A stretch of 64,000 bases of DNA from Candidatus Bathyarchaeia archaeon (GCA_049513715.1 JBEKVV010000001.1:288001-352000), one strand, 5' to 3'; counted from the first letter of the stretch, positions 18,722-29,745 are shown. Made by a program: numbers and translations. The notes: a model not told the origin generated them from the letters alone.

Positions 18722-19393
18722 CTAGGCGGGCAAAACGTCTATGAACTGAAACCCATCGCGCAATACACGTTTTCCCGCGACCACGGGGATTGACTCCTTG
18801 AAGGTTGGTCCATCATAGACAAACGTATGGAATTCTCCGTTCTCACCGCATGGGTCGACTTGTGGTGGAAGGTCACTTAGAAATGAGTCGTCGAATTGAC
18901 GGCCCACAAACCCAGGGTCAAGTTTCTTAGGATCAACGCAGGTGACAAGGCCGCGAAAACCAACTCGAATTATCCCTTTGGCAAGTATTGTGGTGTCCTC
19001 CCCCCAAAGAGGGAAGACTGGCGTAAGGCCGATCTGCGCGAGCTTTTCCTCCCGATACTTGCGTATATCCTCCAGGAAGAGATCTCCGAATATCACCTGA
19101 GAGACTCCTCGTTCTTTCCATTTGGAAAGCAGTCTACGCATCTTCTCTTCGTAGATTTCGTTTGGACAAGGATATGGTATCTGGACCTTTTCAATTTCGT
19201 AACCCAGTGACTTCGCCTGCAAATCGAGCAGCTCCTCTCGAACTCCATGCATTGAGACCCGATGATACCGATCGGTCACTGTCGTTACGAGGCAGACTAC
19301 TTCGAACTGCTTAGTTGTCAGTATTCGGTGGAGTGCCATGGCGCTATCCTTGCCGGAGGACCAAGAGAGAATCGCTCGGGGAACCATAGACAA
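18722..19393 (-). CDS. PP-loop ATPase, diphthine--ammonia ligase (Dph6)-like family
   Basis: SWSSGKDS, FGDLFLED, DPCGENGEFHT. Confidence 0.85.
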   Translation of the reverse strand: MSMVPRAILSWSSGKDSAMALHRILTTKQFEVVCLVTTVTDRYHRVSMHGVREELLDLQAKSLGYEIEKVQIPYPCPNEIYEEKMRRLLSKWKERGVSQVIFGDLFLEDIRKYREEKLAQIGLTPVFPLWGEDTTILAKGIIRVGFRGLVTCVDPKKLDPGFVGRQFDDSFLSDLPPQVDPCGENGEFHTFVYDGPTFKESIPVVAGKRVLRDGFQFIDVLPA

Positions 19394-19461
19394 TTCGCCA
19401 GTAGTTGCTGGTACAATTCTCTTAACTGTCTGCTAAGTAGGTTGAGCTCTCGTGTTGACCG

Positions 19462-20739
19462 TTGAGTGCGGAGCCGCGTTCTCTCAAGAAGAGTATAAGG
19501 CTGAGAGAGGGTGTCTTCTTGTACATTGGCTCCGTTTTGGGAAGCGGGATACTCGTAGCGCCTGCCATCGCAGCTAACATAGCGGGGCCAGCGTCGTTAG
19601 TGGCTTGGGTTTTGCTCTCTTTTCTGAGCTATCCAATTGGATACACCTTTGGCGCGCTTGCCGCTAGTTACCCAGATGCCGGCGGATTATCTGCGTTCAT
19701 CAAGCGAGGATTTGGTTGGACTGCCGGAACAGTTGGAGGATGGCTTTTCGTTTTCTCGTTCTTCGTCGGAGCCCCAGTAGTTGCAATAATCGCATCATCA
19801 TACTTCATAATCTCATTGGGGCTATCGCCCAACCTGCTCTATCCAATCGCGTTCCTGTTCATTAGCTTCACAATCCTCATCAACGTTACTGGAATCAGAA
19901 TAGGGAGCCGAGTAGAGTCCGTTATCCTCGGAATGGTTGTCACGTTACTATTCGTGGCTGTGGGCTTGACGTTGCCGCACGTTCAACAGAGCAATTTCTT
20001 GCCGTTCGCTCCGCACGGTTGGTTCGCAGTGGGCGTTGTTGGTGTGATAATCTTCTGGTCTTTTCAAGGATACGAGAACGTTCCACAACTGGCTGAGGAG
20101 TTCAAGAATCCGGGGCGCGATTTCCAGCTCAGCATTGCTGCAAGTGCAACGATTACGAGTTTGTTGTACATTCTAACTTCCTTCAGCGTAATCGGGACGG
20201 CCATCTACGTTAATCAAAGTCTCTACGCGCCAGTTGCTCTGATGTTTTCGCGCTCGCTCGGTGTCAGTGCGGCTATTATTACTCTGTTTCTGGCAGTTAC
20301 TACGTGCTTTGGCACAATGAACGCCTACAGCATCGGCGTTTCTCGTCTTGTCTACGCCCTCGCCCGTGATGGTAGCATGCCATCGGCGCTGATGAAGCTG
20401 AATAAACAAGCCGCCCCCACGAGGGCCTTGCTCGTTCTCCTCGTAGGTGCCGCAACGTGCCTAGTTTTTGATGCTCTGATCGGCGCGAAACTGGACCAGT
20501 TATTCTTGGTCTCCGGCGCCGGTTTCATCGCACTCTATATTTTAGGCTCTGCGGCTGCTGTTAAGCTACTGAAGCTGCGTGGACTAAAACGGGTCTTTCC
20601 TTATGTGAGCCTCATCGTGTCGGCAGTTGTCTTCGTCTTTGTAGGGGAATATGCGCTGTTCCCGATCGTGATAGCATTGTTGTCCATACTGTGGGTAAAG
20701 ATTAGAACCGCCCGCATTGACTCACACAGGTTGAAGTAA
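19462..20739 (+). CDS. APC family amino acid permease
   Basis: GSVLGSG, AGPAS, FWSFQGYE, AEEFKNP; ~12 TMs. Confidence 0.9.
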   Translation: MSAEPRSLKKSIRLREGVFLYIGSVLGSGILVAPAIAANIAGPASLVAWVLLSFLSYPIGYTFGALAASYPDAGGLSAFIKRGFGWTAGTVGGWLFVFSFFVGAPVVAIIASSYFIISLGLSPNLLYPIAFLFISFTILINVTGIRIGSRVESVILGMVVTLLFVAVGLTLPHVQQSNFLPFAPHGWFAVGVVGVIIFWSFQGYENVPQLAEEFKNPGRDFQLSIAASATITSLLYILTSFSVIGTAIYVNQSLYAPVALMFSRSLGVSAAIITLFLAVTTCFGTMNAYSIGVSRLVYALARDGSMPSALMKLNKQAAPTRALLVLLVGAATCLVFDALIGAKLDQLFLVSGAGFIALYILGSAAAVKLLKLRGLKRVFPYVSLIVSAVVFVFVGEYALFPIVIALLSILWVKIRTARIDSHRLK

Positions 20740-20774
20740 GGATTCCGCGTAACGCTGGCTCATGTCAAGAGCCT

Positions 20775-20876
20775 TGGTGGGGTCGCTGGGATTTGAACCC
20801 AGGACTTCGCGGTTGCGGTTTAGGCAACTCACGCGGGCCCAAGCCGCGTATCATAACCATGCTAGACTACGACCCC
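20775..20876 (-). tRNA. tRNA-Pro(UGG) with an intron at 45/46 (20806-20829)
   Basis: GGGGTCG/CGACCCC-ACCA; CGCGG-CT-TGG-GC-CCGCG; BHB CGCG-TGA-GTTGC...GCAAC-CGCG-AAG. Confidence 0.93.
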
Positions 20877-21119
20877 TAATCAGCGACAGTGTTTGCGTGA
20901 TTTTTCAAGGGTTCGGTCTGTGCCTTAATAGGTTATGTGAACATCTCTGGCCCGAGTTTTGATCGGGTCAGCACGAGCAGCAAAGCTGAAGGGAGCTGAT
21001 TCTGCTATCCGCAGAAGCCTCTCTCTTTTCATCCCGGTATTGAGTATATCAAGGCACTGCCTGTGCACGAAACGCTTATGAGGTCACTGACTAGTTAGCT
21101 TCATTCTGTGTGTTATCAT

Positions 21120-21296
21120 TTGTCTGGAGAAAGTGAGGAAGTGCTAGTCGTGGAAGAACCTATTGAGATCATAATCGAAGCCCCCGTTGTTGAGGGCGGA
21201 AGCTACCTCTACGTCTGCTCCGAGTGCGGCTACGACCTGACTGAGATTCCGTACTACAATCGATTCTACTGCCAAAACTGCGGCTTACACTACTGA
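21120..21296 (+). CDS. Small acidic zinc-ribbon protein
   Basis: CSECG...CQNCG. Confidence 0.65.
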   Translation: MSGESEEVLVVEEPIEIIIEAPVVEGGSYLYVCSECGYDLTEIPYYNRFYCQNCGLHY

Positions 21297-21426
21297 GCCG
21301 CGAGCGTACCTCGAAGAACAATGTTTGTTTACCTATCGTAGATTCTGTTCGTACCGCGGTTCATAGCTGCGGAGAGAAATAACCACGAAATCACCGGAAG
21401 CCACGCGGAGATACGTCCTCGTCCTG

Positions 21427-22938
21427 GTGGTGTGCCTGTTTGTCACCACTTTGTTTCCTATGCACCCCGTCGGCGCTCAAACATCTCTGCCCCAGTACAT
21501 CGATGAATTCAACGTCCCAACTCCCTACTCGGCACCCTTAGCGATCGCTGTCGACAAACAGGGCATCGTTTGGTTCACTGAATCTAACGTTAGCCAACTT
21601 GGTAGATTTGACCCTACGAATCGCACATTCAAAGAATATCCAGTTCCAGGGATCGGTGACATGTGGGGAATCACAACCGACCAGAATGGGGTGTTGTGGC
21701 TGACTCAATACTCCGGGAAGGGGGCCGTCAACCCGGGTGGGCTAGTCGTCTCTGGAGGCCAAGGCAGACTACTTCGCTTCGATCCTTCTACAGCCCAGTT
21801 TTCAACCGTAAACATACCAACGAATAGCTCCTTTCCCATGAGAGTCACCGCGGACCATGAGAACCGCATCTGGTTCACTGAACTCCTAGGCAACAAAATC
21901 GGCATGTATGATTCAACCTCGAACTCGCTAAAAGAATACCCTGTGCCTACGAATGTTTCAGGCCCCGCTGACCTAACGTTCGACCAGTACGGAACTCTGT
22001 GGTTCACGGAAACTTACAACCAATCAGTCGCCAAATTCTTCCTAGGCAATCAGAGTTTTGTTGAATATCACCTATCAACTCGTGATCCTTCTAAGATCTT
22101 GTCCTCACCAGTTGGCATTGGCGTCTCAGCCAGCGGCGGCGTGTGGTTGACCGACCACGGCGGGAACTGGATAGCACAATTCGACCCTGCTTCCAATAAC
22201 GTTACTCGTTACCCTACTCACACTCCTCCAAGTGACGTGTATCCGACATCTATCCCAAACGGCTTGGCGATTGACAATGTGGGGAGGGTATGGTTCACTG
22301 AGCATGGGGGCAATAGTATCGGCTACTATGAGCCGGCAAATCGAACGATGGTAGAATTTCCCATACCCACCGGACCCATAAGCACGGCGTTGTGGCTGTC
22401 CTTGGCACCTAATGGTGATGTGTGGTTTACTGAGTGGAGCGGGAACAAGATCGGCGTAGTTCACGCTAGTCGTCCAGTTCCAATATCCCTGCGCCTTTCA
22501 GTAACCTACTTGCGCCTGGAGACAGGTAGTGCGGCGAAGTTATCTCTGCTTGCGAAGGTATCCGAAAATCTCGAAGGTAACGGAACGTTCCGTTTTTCTT
22601 GGGCTTCCTATGATGTGCGTCAAATCAGCGTTGGATTTTCGCCACGATATCCATTCTTCTCTGGCCTAGTTGACACGCCAGCCCAAGCCCAAGTGAGTCT
22701 CGACGGCAAGATTTCTCCGGGAAGATATGCCCTGGGGTTGGGAATTGACGCCGGTATAGTTCGCGTGTGGACGATTGTTCCGGTGGATGTTGTGCAGGCT
22801 GTTCCATCAAACGCCATGCCCAGCATGAGCTGGTTACTCACGACGATTCTTTTGGTGGTGCTTTTGGGCGCACTGCTGGGAGTAATCCTGAGACGGCGTT
22901 TGGGCCGCTCTCTGCCCAAATCCGTCATCTCCTTGTAG
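21427..22938 (+). CDS. Vgb-like beta-propeller protein, secreted and membrane-anchored
   Basis: Repeated GxVWFTE...IG blades, signal-like N-terminus, C-terminal TM followed by RRR. Confidence 0.85.
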   Translation: MVCLFVTTLFPMHPVGAQTSLPQYIDEFNVPTPYSAPLAIAVDKQGIVWFTESNVSQLGRFDPTNRTFKEYPVPGIGDMWGITTDQNGVLWLTQYSGKGAVNPGGLVVSGGQGRLLRFDPSTAQFSTVNIPTNSSFPMRVTADHENRIWFTELLGNKIGMYDSTSNSLKEYPVPTNVSGPADLTFDQYGTLWFTETYNQSVAKFFLGNQSFVEYHLSTRDPSKILSSPVGIGVSASGGVWLTDHGGNWIAQFDPASNNVTRYPTHTPPSDVYPTSIPNGLAIDNVGRVWFTEHGGNSIGYYEPANRTMVEFPIPTGPISTALWLSLAPNGDVWFTEWSGNKIGVVHASRPVPISLRLSVTYLRLETGSAAKLSLLAKVSENLEGNGTFRFSWASYDVRQISVGFSPRYPFFSGLVDTPAQAQVSLDGKISPGRYALGLGIDAGIVRVWTIVPVDVVQAVPSNAMPSMSWLLTTILLVVLLGALLGVILRRRLGRSLPKSVISL

Positions 22939-22988
22939 GGTTGAGTTTAAACATACATGAGGCCTCTTGTGGGGAAAAGGGTTTTTTC

Positions 22989-24170
22989 TTGGCGTCATCT
23001 AAGAAGATTAGTCGCTTTTCTGAATCGGTCATCCGGGAGATGACTAGGCTTAGCGAAAAGTACGGCGCCATCAACCTCTCACAAGGTATGCCAGATTTTG
23101 ACCCGTCACCCAAGCTGGTTGAAGCTGCCGTTGAGGCCATTAGGAGAGGGTCGAATCAATACTCGGTTACATGGGGCCAGAGAAGCCTGCGAGTGGCCAT
23201 AGCGGAGAAAGCCAAGGAGTTTAATCGAATCGACGCCGACCCTGAGAAGAATATCACGGTCACTTGTGGAGTAACCGAGGGGATCACATCAGCTGTTTTA
23301 GGGATGGTCGATTCAGGCGACAAAGTAGTCGTCACCGACCCCTTCTACGAAAACTACGTTCCCGACGCTATTCTAGCAGGTGCCGAAATCCTCTACGTTC
23401 CACTTGTGGGAAAAGATCTGCACTTGGACGAGGAGAAACTCAAAGAAACCCTGGGCAAGCACCCCAAGGTAATCATTCTCAATACTCCAAACAATCCAAC
23501 GGGAAGAGTCTTCAGCTCCAAAGAACTGAAACTCATAGCCGACCTCTGCGAAGATTCAGGGACCACCGCCATCACAGACGAGATATACGAACACATAACC
23601 TACGACGGAAAGGAACACATTAGCCTTGCAACAATCGGAAACATGCACGACAAAACGATTACCGTAACCGGCGCCTCGAAAACGTATTCCGTAACAGGGT
23701 GGCGCATTGGCTGGGTTATTGCCAACGAAACTCTGACGGAGGCTGTTCGAAAAGTACATGATTACCTAACAATTTGTGCCCCAACCCCTCTACAGGACGC
23801 TTTGGTAACGGCATTGAATTTCCCGCAATCATACTATGAGAAACTAGCGGACACGTATGATCGGAAGAGACGATTTTTGTTGAAGGTTCTGGAAGAAGTT
23901 GGGCTTGAATATTTGCGACCTGAAGGAACCTATTACGTCCTAGTTGAGGCACCGAAGGCTTTCAAGGATGGCCAGGAATTCACTGATCACCTGCTGAAGA
24001 ATGCAGGTGTCGCCGTACTCCCTGCTAATGCACTCTATCACGATAAGACCCTTGGAAGCAGGAAAGTTCGATTGGCGTTCTGCAAGAAGGATACGACACT
24101 GCAAGATGTCGCGAGAAGTCTAAGGAAACTTACTTCGAAGCAGAAGTTGACGGTCAGGACCAGAGCTTGA
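22989..24170 (+). CDS. PLP-dependent aminotransferase class I/II (YbdL/AspB-like)
   Basis: INLSQGMPD, NTPNNPTG, DEIY, SKTYSVTGWRIG. Confidence 0.93.
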   Translation: MASSKKISRFSESVIREMTRLSEKYGAINLSQGMPDFDPSPKLVEAAVEAIRRGSNQYSVTWGQRSLRVAIAEKAKEFNRIDADPEKNITVTCGVTEGITSAVLGMVDSGDKVVVTDPFYENYVPDAILAGAEILYVPLVGKDLHLDEEKLKETLGKHPKVIILNTPNNPTGRVFSSKELKLIADLCEDSGTTAITDEIYEHITYDGKEHISLATIGNMHDKTITVTGASKTYSVTGWRIGWVIANETLTEAVRKVHDYLTICAPTPLQDALVTALNFPQSYYEKLADTYDRKRRFLLKVLEEVGLEYLRPEGTYYVLVEAPKAFKDGQEFTDHLLKNAGVAVLPANALYHDKTLGSRKVRLAFCKKDTTLQDVARSLRKLTSKQKLTVRTRA

Positions 24171-24198
24171 AATATGCGGCAGCACAGCTAGCCGACCG

Positions 24199-24837
24199 GT
24201 GGACCGCTTGTCCAACGATATTCTGCGCAGCCTCTACGCCCTGTCGAAACTCCCTAGTCCGGGCCCCGCGCCTGCGTTCTCCTATCTTCACGTCTGCAAT
24301 GCACTATTGACCATTGGTGACGAAGGTCCGATTGGCAGAATTGAGCTTTCACGCAGGCTAGGCTTGGGTGAAGGCGCGATAAGAACTGTCATGAAGCATT
24401 TGACGCAGGCCAAGGTTATTTCTACTGAGAAAGAGGGATGCATTTTGACCAGCCGCGGAAGCAAGCTCTATGAAGGCCTGAGGAAGAGAGTGTCAAGAGT
24501 CAAAGAGGTCGACGCGGGTCCGCTCTCTTTGGATGAATTCAATGCAGCCATCTTAATCCGGCATGCAGCCCGATTCTTGAAGAAGGGAATCGAGCAGAGG
24601 GACGCGGCAGTCCGCACCGGCGCCACAGGTGCTTGCACCTTGGTAGTTCATGGCGGGCGGTACACGATGCCATTGGCAGATGACGATGATTGGAGCATGA
24701 GTTCTGACGAACCGCTAGCCGAAGTATTGAAGAAGTTATTCAATCCAAAGGAAGGTGACATCATAGCGATTGTTGGTGCAGCAAACAAGGAGTTGGCTGA
24801 GCAAGGCGCGATGGCCGTAGCGCTCACACTTTTGTGA
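24199..24837 (+). CDS. Winged-HTH protein, DUF4443/DUF2111-like
   Basis: IGRIELSRRLGLGEGAIRT; GIEQRDAAVRTGATGA. Confidence 0.7.
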   Translation: MDRLSNDILRSLYALSKLPSPGPAPAFSYLHVCNALLTIGDEGPIGRIELSRRLGLGEGAIRTVMKHLTQAKVISTEKEGCILTSRGSKLYEGLRKRVSRVKEVDAGPLSLDEFNAAILIRHAARFLKKGIEQRDAAVRTGATGACTLVVHGGRYTMPLADDDDWSMSSDEPLAEVLKKLFNPKEGDIIAIVGAANKELAEQGAMAVALTLL

Positions 24838-24865
24838 GCTTGGATCGCCTGAATAGATTTTCAGA

Positions 24866-25936
24866 CTACTTGCCCTTAATGAAGTCCTCAACCATCTGTC
24901 TCGCTACATCGTCTAAGAACTGCTCTGGCGGAGACTTCATGAAGTAGGCGGAGGGAGCCTTCAACGCACCGCTGATTCCTCTGTCCAGCGCTAACTTGGC
25001 GCATCTAATAGCGTCAATGACAACTCCGGCGCTGTTCGGCGAATCCCACACTTCAAGCTTCAACTCCATATTTAACGGGACATTGCCGAAAGTTGTCCCC
25101 TCCAAACGGATGTATGCCCATTTGCGGTCCAAGAGCCACGGGACGTAATCGCTCGGGCCAATGTGCACGTTGTCAGGCTCCATTTTGTAAGCCAATACTG
25201 ATGTGACAGCATTCGTCTTCGAGATCTTCTTGCTCTCCAGCCTTTCCCGTTCGAGCATGTTTAGAAAATCAGTGTTCCCGCCCACATTCAATTGCATTGT
25301 GCGGTCAAGCCTGACTCCACGGTCCCTGTATAACTGTGCGAGAACGCGATGGACTATCGTCGCACCGACCTGTGACTTTATGTCATCCCCGATTATTGGT
25401 AGTCCTCTTTTCACGAACACTTCCTGCCAGCGCTTCTCCCTGGCTATGAAGACGGGGATGCAATTGACTACTGCGCAGCCAGCGTTTATGGCCTGCTCAA
25501 CATACCACTTGGTCCCAAACTCACTACCTACTGGGAGGTAGTTTACGACCATGTCCGTCTTCGTTTCTTTCAAGACGTGGGCGACATCAACTGTGTGTGA
25601 CGGATGTTTCTCGATCACCTTGCTAAGGTATTTTCCCAAACCATCATGCGTCATCCCACGTTGCACAGGTACGCCGAGATTGGGAACGTCACTGAACCTG
25701 ATGGTGTTGTTCGGTCTTGTGAAAATCGCTTCAGAAAGGTCCTTTCCAACTTTGTTCTTGTCGATGTCGAACGCCGCTGAGAACGTGACGTCGCGAATGT
25801 GGTAGCCGCCGAGCCGTGGATGCATTAGGCCGGGGATGAATTCGTTGTCCTTGGCGTTCTTGTAGAATTCGACGCCTTGAACGAGTGATGAGGCGCAGTT
25901 ACCTACGCCGACGATGGCCACGCGGATCTTGGGCAT
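24866..25936 (-). CDS. ino1: Myo-inositol-1-phosphate synthase
   Basis: [47 protein letters not shown]. Confidence 0.96.
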   Translation of the reverse strand: MPKIRVAIVGVGNCASSLVQGVEFYKNAKDNEFIPGLMHPRLGGYHIRDVTFSAAFDIDKNKVGKDLSEAIFTRPNNTIRFSDVPNLGVPVQRGMTHDGLGKYLSKVIEKHPSHTVDVAHVLKETKTDMVVNYLPVGSEFGTKWYVEQAINAGCAVVNCIPVFIAREKRWQEVFVKRGLPIIGDDIKSQVGATIVHRVLAQLYRDRGVRLDRTMQLNVGGNTDFLNMLERERLESKKISKTNAVTSVLAYKMEPDNVHIGPSDYVPWLLDRKWAYIRLEGTTFGNVPLNMELKLEVWDSPNSAGVVIDAIRCAKLALDRGISGALKAPSAYFMKSPPEQFLDDVARQMVEDFIKGK

Positions 25937-26155
25937 GCTGTGAACTCCTCAACCTACGCGAATCTTTGTGCATTTGTTGCGTACATATGTAAAAAGCTAC
26001 TTAGCCGGTCTCAATCGTTCTCCGCGGGCCTGCGGAGGCGTCGCGAAGGCTTTTGTGAAGAAACTATATTCACGTTGGTGCAGCTAAGGCTCTGAGCATA
26101 TACCGGTGAACGTGGGATTCGGCCAAGGGATTTCGAAATTGTGGACGCCCAGTTT

Positions 26156-26368
26156 CTAGTATCGCTGTATAGGAAACTCCCAAAAAACGGCGCCGAACGA
26201 GAGCATCATTAGGATGCCTGCTATCAGAATCATGCCTTTCAAGAGAAAGAAGAGTCCGGTGAAGGCCACCCCGGTGGCCATTGCGATTAATGCTGGCCAA
26301 ATGCCGTGCTCGAGATATTCTGGGGCTTCTTCATGTTTCCCTTGGGACAGTTCTGCAGCAGACCCCAT
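26156..26368 (-). CDS. Small two-TM protein, resembles cytochrome c oxidase subunit IV-like peptides
   Basis: HGIWPALIAMA followed by 2 TMs ending FWE. Confidence 0.45.
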   Translation of the reverse strand: MGSAAELSQGKHEEAPEYLEHGIWPALIAMATGVAFTGLFFLLKGMILIAGILMMLSFGAVFWEFPIQRY

Positions 26369-26502
26369 TTTCGAGAACCTTCTCGCCCAGCCGTTGGATA
26401 CCGAATATAAGTTTTCGCAAATCGTAAATCACATCTAGTTGCCTGAAACAAAAATCGCATTCTTATTAGCTACCCTTTCATCTCCGGAAGGGTCGAAAGG
26501 AA

Positions 26503-27108
26503 TTGGGGTCTCGAACGCTTTACGAAATCATCGGCTTCGCTTGCGGGTTTGCACTTATCGATTACGGCTTCAATTTCATGGCTACAGGACTTCCAGGAGC
26601 ACGCTCGCTTACTTCGCAGTTCATAGGAGCCAACCTTCTAGTCGGCGGATCCGCCGCTGTCTTCATCTCACTCTTCTACATGCTAAGATCTGACAACGTC
26701 CCAACCTCTGCGATCCCGCAAGTTGCTGCAATCGTTCCTGACGTTCGAGTCGAGACCGTTGTTGAAGAGCAGACACCCATACCGGAAGCTGCGAAGCCTA
26801 CACTGCCTTCATACGCTGAATCACTTGAAGTACATCTAAGCGAATTCCATGTGTTGTCACCAGGTGACTATGAGCAGCACTTGGCTGCAAACGTATTCGA
26901 TAAGATTCGGATTGAAGCGGAGACTGTGACAATTTGGCGAGAGGATCGCCAGGGGATTCGCTCTATTTACCTTGCAGGGCCGTACGAGCTGAAAAGAAAA
27001 CTGATGGAAAGTTACGTAGAACGCGGGGAGGACTTGAAAATCGGGTATCTGTCGCTTTCAGTGGAAACGATCCGAGACTTGCTGGCTCTCCAACAAAAGC
27101 CCGTCTAG
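26503..27108 (+). CDS. Hypothetical membrane protein
   Basis: Two N-terminal TMs followed by a soluble domain. Confidence 0.6.
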   Translation: MGSRTLYEIIGFACGFALIDYGFNFMATGLPGARSLTSQFIGANLLVGGSAAVFISLFYMLRSDNVPTSAIPQVAAIVPDVRVETVVEEQTPIPEAAKPTLPSYAESLEVHLSEFHVLSPGDYEQHLAANVFDKIRIEAETVTIWREDRQGIRSIYLAGPYELKRKLMESYVERGEDLKIGYLSLSVETIRDLLALQQKPV

Positions 27109-27286
27109 GGGATTGACTGGCTCTTTAGCTTGGCCTAGCCTAACGCGTGAGGACAGCCCGCAGGATTACTCCGATTGTGGCAATTGCAGTTGTGGCGAAC
27201 ACGATCACAACGATTTGCTCTTTGGTGATCTGCTATCTCTTCTTGGATTGTGCATGAGCGAGACTAGAGCTGAAATTTCACAGGCT

Positions 27287-27403
27287 TCATGGCCATGGGT
27301 CACCGAGACCAAAGGCCCGCGTAGCCAGCTGTAAACGAAGTTGGCGACCATCACGAGAACAGCGATTCCGATTAAAAAGCCGCCTATGCTGGAAAGTGTT
27401 CAA
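27287..27403 (-). pseudogene. Frameshifted remnant resembling the last TM helix and tail of heme-copper oxidase subunit I
   Basis: Across two frameshifts reads LN/TLSSIGGFLIGIAVLVMVANFVYSWLRGPLV/GDPWP*. Confidence 0.55.
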
Positions 27404-27476
27404 GCTCTCAGCCGGTTACCTGTTCCTCACTCTAATCCTAATTGTCGTGGGGCACATTCTCTAGTCGGAGTCTGCG

Positions 27477-27731
27477 TTGAATTTGGCGTATGAGTTCGTC
27501 GAGGCATTCTCCTCTGTTCCGCCGAGAATTCGAGTAAGCCAGATTTTGGCGGTTATAGGAATAATAGTTGACCTGGTTTGGCGCATCGCAACCAGAAACC
27601 TGTTCCACCCAGATTTCATTGATATTCCAGCAGCCCTGCTTATTGGGTTCTACTTTGGAAAGCACCCGAGGGGAAGTAAGTCTGAGGAGGGTAAGAAACC
27701 GAAGTGGATTCGCCTATCCAAACCCACATAG
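27477..27731 (+). CDS. Small membrane protein
   Basis: Two hydrophobic segments and a basic tail. Confidence 0.5.
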   Translation: MNLAYEFVEAFSSVPPRIRVSQILAVIGIIVDLVWRIATRNLFHPDFIDIPAALLIGFYFGKHPRGSKSEEGKKPKWIRLSKPT

Positions 27732-27740
27732 GCGGCGTTT

Positions 27741-28403
27741 CTACCCTAGTTTCTTGAACCATCTGGCCAGGTCCATGATGGTTTCCTCGTTGACCTCGTG
27801 GCCCATCAGGTACTCATGAAATGACACTTCTGCACCAGCGTTTCTTAACAGGTCTGAAGCTTCTCGCCCGAACTTCACCGGGATCAAGTCGTCGTAAGTT
27901 CCGTGCGATATGAAGACCGGCAGCCCCTTTAGACCATCAAGTTTCAACGGCAAACCTGACCGAAGTGGAACATAACCACTCAACGCAACAATTCCCTGCA
28001 CGAAAGAAGGTTCCAACAACCCCGCAGCATAAGACATCACGGTACCTTGGCTGAACCCAAGCAGAACCAGTCTTGAAGGATCCACAGGGTACCCTGCCTT
28101 GACTTCAACCAAGAAGCTCCTGAGCAAATCCAGGCTCTTGCCGAACGTCACCGGGTGTGGTGTCCAATCCTGACCCATGTCGTACCATGCGAATCCCCCA
28201 CCCAGACTGAAAGGGAGGGGCGCACGAGGCGCAATGACCAATGCGTCACCTCTACCGAGGGACTCGACTAACGGCACCAAATCACTGGCATCCGCACCGC
28301 GGCCATGCAAAGCAATGATGGTAGGGTACTTTTCTCTCTTGGAAGGAGGATAAACGACAATGTGCTCGAGTGACGCCCGAATATTCTTGTCAACGCTCGA
28401 CAT
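27741..28403 (-). CDS. Phospholipase/carboxylesterase (alpha/beta hydrolase)
   Basis: LHGRG, GFSQG, HGTYD, MGHEV. Confidence 0.92.
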   Translation of the reverse strand: MSSVDKNIRASLEHIVVYPPSKREKYPTIIALHGRGADASDLVPLVESLGRGDALVIAPRAPLPFSLGGGFAWYDMGQDWTPHPVTFGKSLDLLRSFLVEVKAGYPVDPSRLVLLGFSQGTVMSYAAGLLEPSFVQGIVALSGYVPLRSGLPLKLDGLKGLPVFISHGTYDDLIPVKFGREASDLLRNAGAEVSFHEYLMGHEVNEETIMDLARWFKKLG

Positions 28404-28545
28404 GGAATAACCAATCCGGAGTCTGCAGGCCCCCGAAAAGCTGTTACCTCCAACTTATACCCTTGTTGAAGCAAAATCCACCGAGCCTTTCCTTATTCAG
28501 CAAAGTTTGTTATCGCATTGCCCACAGTTACCTCGGCGCGAGACC

Positions 28546-29658
28546 ATGAGGCTGCACCCTTTCGAGCTGGAACGTTGGCAATCTGTTTGGGAGAACAAAG
28601 TCGAATACAACCTTGCTGAGAGCGGCGTTCACCCCCTTCGCCTGAGCGAGGTTCTTGGAGGCGATGTCACGGCCCTCCTTGACCAGCCACTTTGTTATAC
28701 TCAAACCAATGGTACGAAGGAATTGCGAGACGCGATCGCATCAATTTACCCTGCCGCAGGCCCTGAGAATGTTCTAGTGACCAACGGGAGCTCTGAGGCT
28801 ATTTTCCTAACGATGTGGTCCTTCCTTGAGCGGGGGGCCAAAGTTGCCGTCATGCTTCCCAACTACATGCAAGCCTGGGGCTTGGCGGAGACGATGCAGG
28901 CAAAGGTTCGGGGGTTCTGGCTTCGAGAACAAGAGGACGGGTGGGATCTGAATCTGACTGCCTTGAAGAGAATCGCGAGCAGCAAACCCAAGCTCATCGT
29001 CGTGTGCAACCCAAACAACCCAACGGGCGCCAAAATGCCAGAGGATACAGTTGACGAGATTTGCAGAATCGCTCGCAAGGCGGGCGCTTGGATTCTCTCC
29101 GACGAGGTTTACCATGGAGCAGAATTGGACGGTCAGGCAACCGCTACGTTTTGGGGCAGATACGACAGGGTAATCGTGACTGGTGGCCTTTCCAAAGCGT
29201 ACGGGCTGCCGGGTCTCAGGGTGGGCTGGGCGGTTACAAAACCGGATTTGGCGGCTAAACTCTGGGCCTACCATGATTACACAACCATTTGTCCTACAGC
29301 ACTGAGCGATTTCATTGCCCGAAAGGTTCTGCAGCCCGACAAACGCACGATGGTCTTAAGCAGGACGAGGAGGATTCTTCAAGAGAATTTGCCGATCGTA
29401 ACCGAATGGGTGCGGCGCCAGCAAGGCCGTTTCTCCCTCATGGCGCCAAAAGCAGGTGCAATAGCTTTCGTAAGATACTTCATCAAAATTAACTCCACCA
29501 AGCTCGCGGAGCGGCTCGTAAGAGAAAAGAGCACGTTGATCGTCCCTGGAGACCAATTCGGCTTGGACCATTACATCCGAATCGGCTACGGCTCGCCCCA
29601 AGGCTACTTGAAGGCCGGTCTCTCCCGCCTAGAAGAACTTGTAGGTAGTTTGAGGTAG
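28546..29658 (+). CDS. PLP-dependent aminotransferase class I/II
   Basis: NLAESG, NPNNPTG, DEVY, SKAYGLPGLRVGW. Confidence 0.92.
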   Translation: MRLHPFELERWQSVWENKVEYNLAESGVHPLRLSEVLGGDVTALLDQPLCYTQTNGTKELRDAIASIYPAAGPENVLVTNGSSEAIFLTMWSFLERGAKVAVMLPNYMQAWGLAETMQAKVRGFWLREQEDGWDLNLTALKRIASSKPKLIVVCNPNNPTGAKMPEDTVDEICRIARKAGAWILSDEVYHGAELDGQATATFWGRYDRVIVTGGLSKAYGLPGLRVGWAVTKPDLAAKLWAYHDYTTICPTALSDFIARKVLQPDKRTMVLSRTRRILQENLPIVTEWVRRQQGRFSLMAPKAGAIAFVRYFIKINSTKLAERLVREKSTLIVPGDQFGLDHYIRIGYGSPQGYLKAGLSRLEELVGSLR

Positions 29659-29745
29659 AATTTCGTTTCCGAGCTTGGGGAAATCGACCGAAAGGTTTCA
29701 ATTACAGGAACGGAGACTGTTCGCTCTGATTGAGAAGTATCAAGA

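Noticed and set aside
21427..22938. Vgb-like and AAC(3)-like genes as antibiotic-resistance determinants
   Set aside because: Family-level similarity only; the Vgb-like protein is secreted and anchored, and neither gene is in a mobile context
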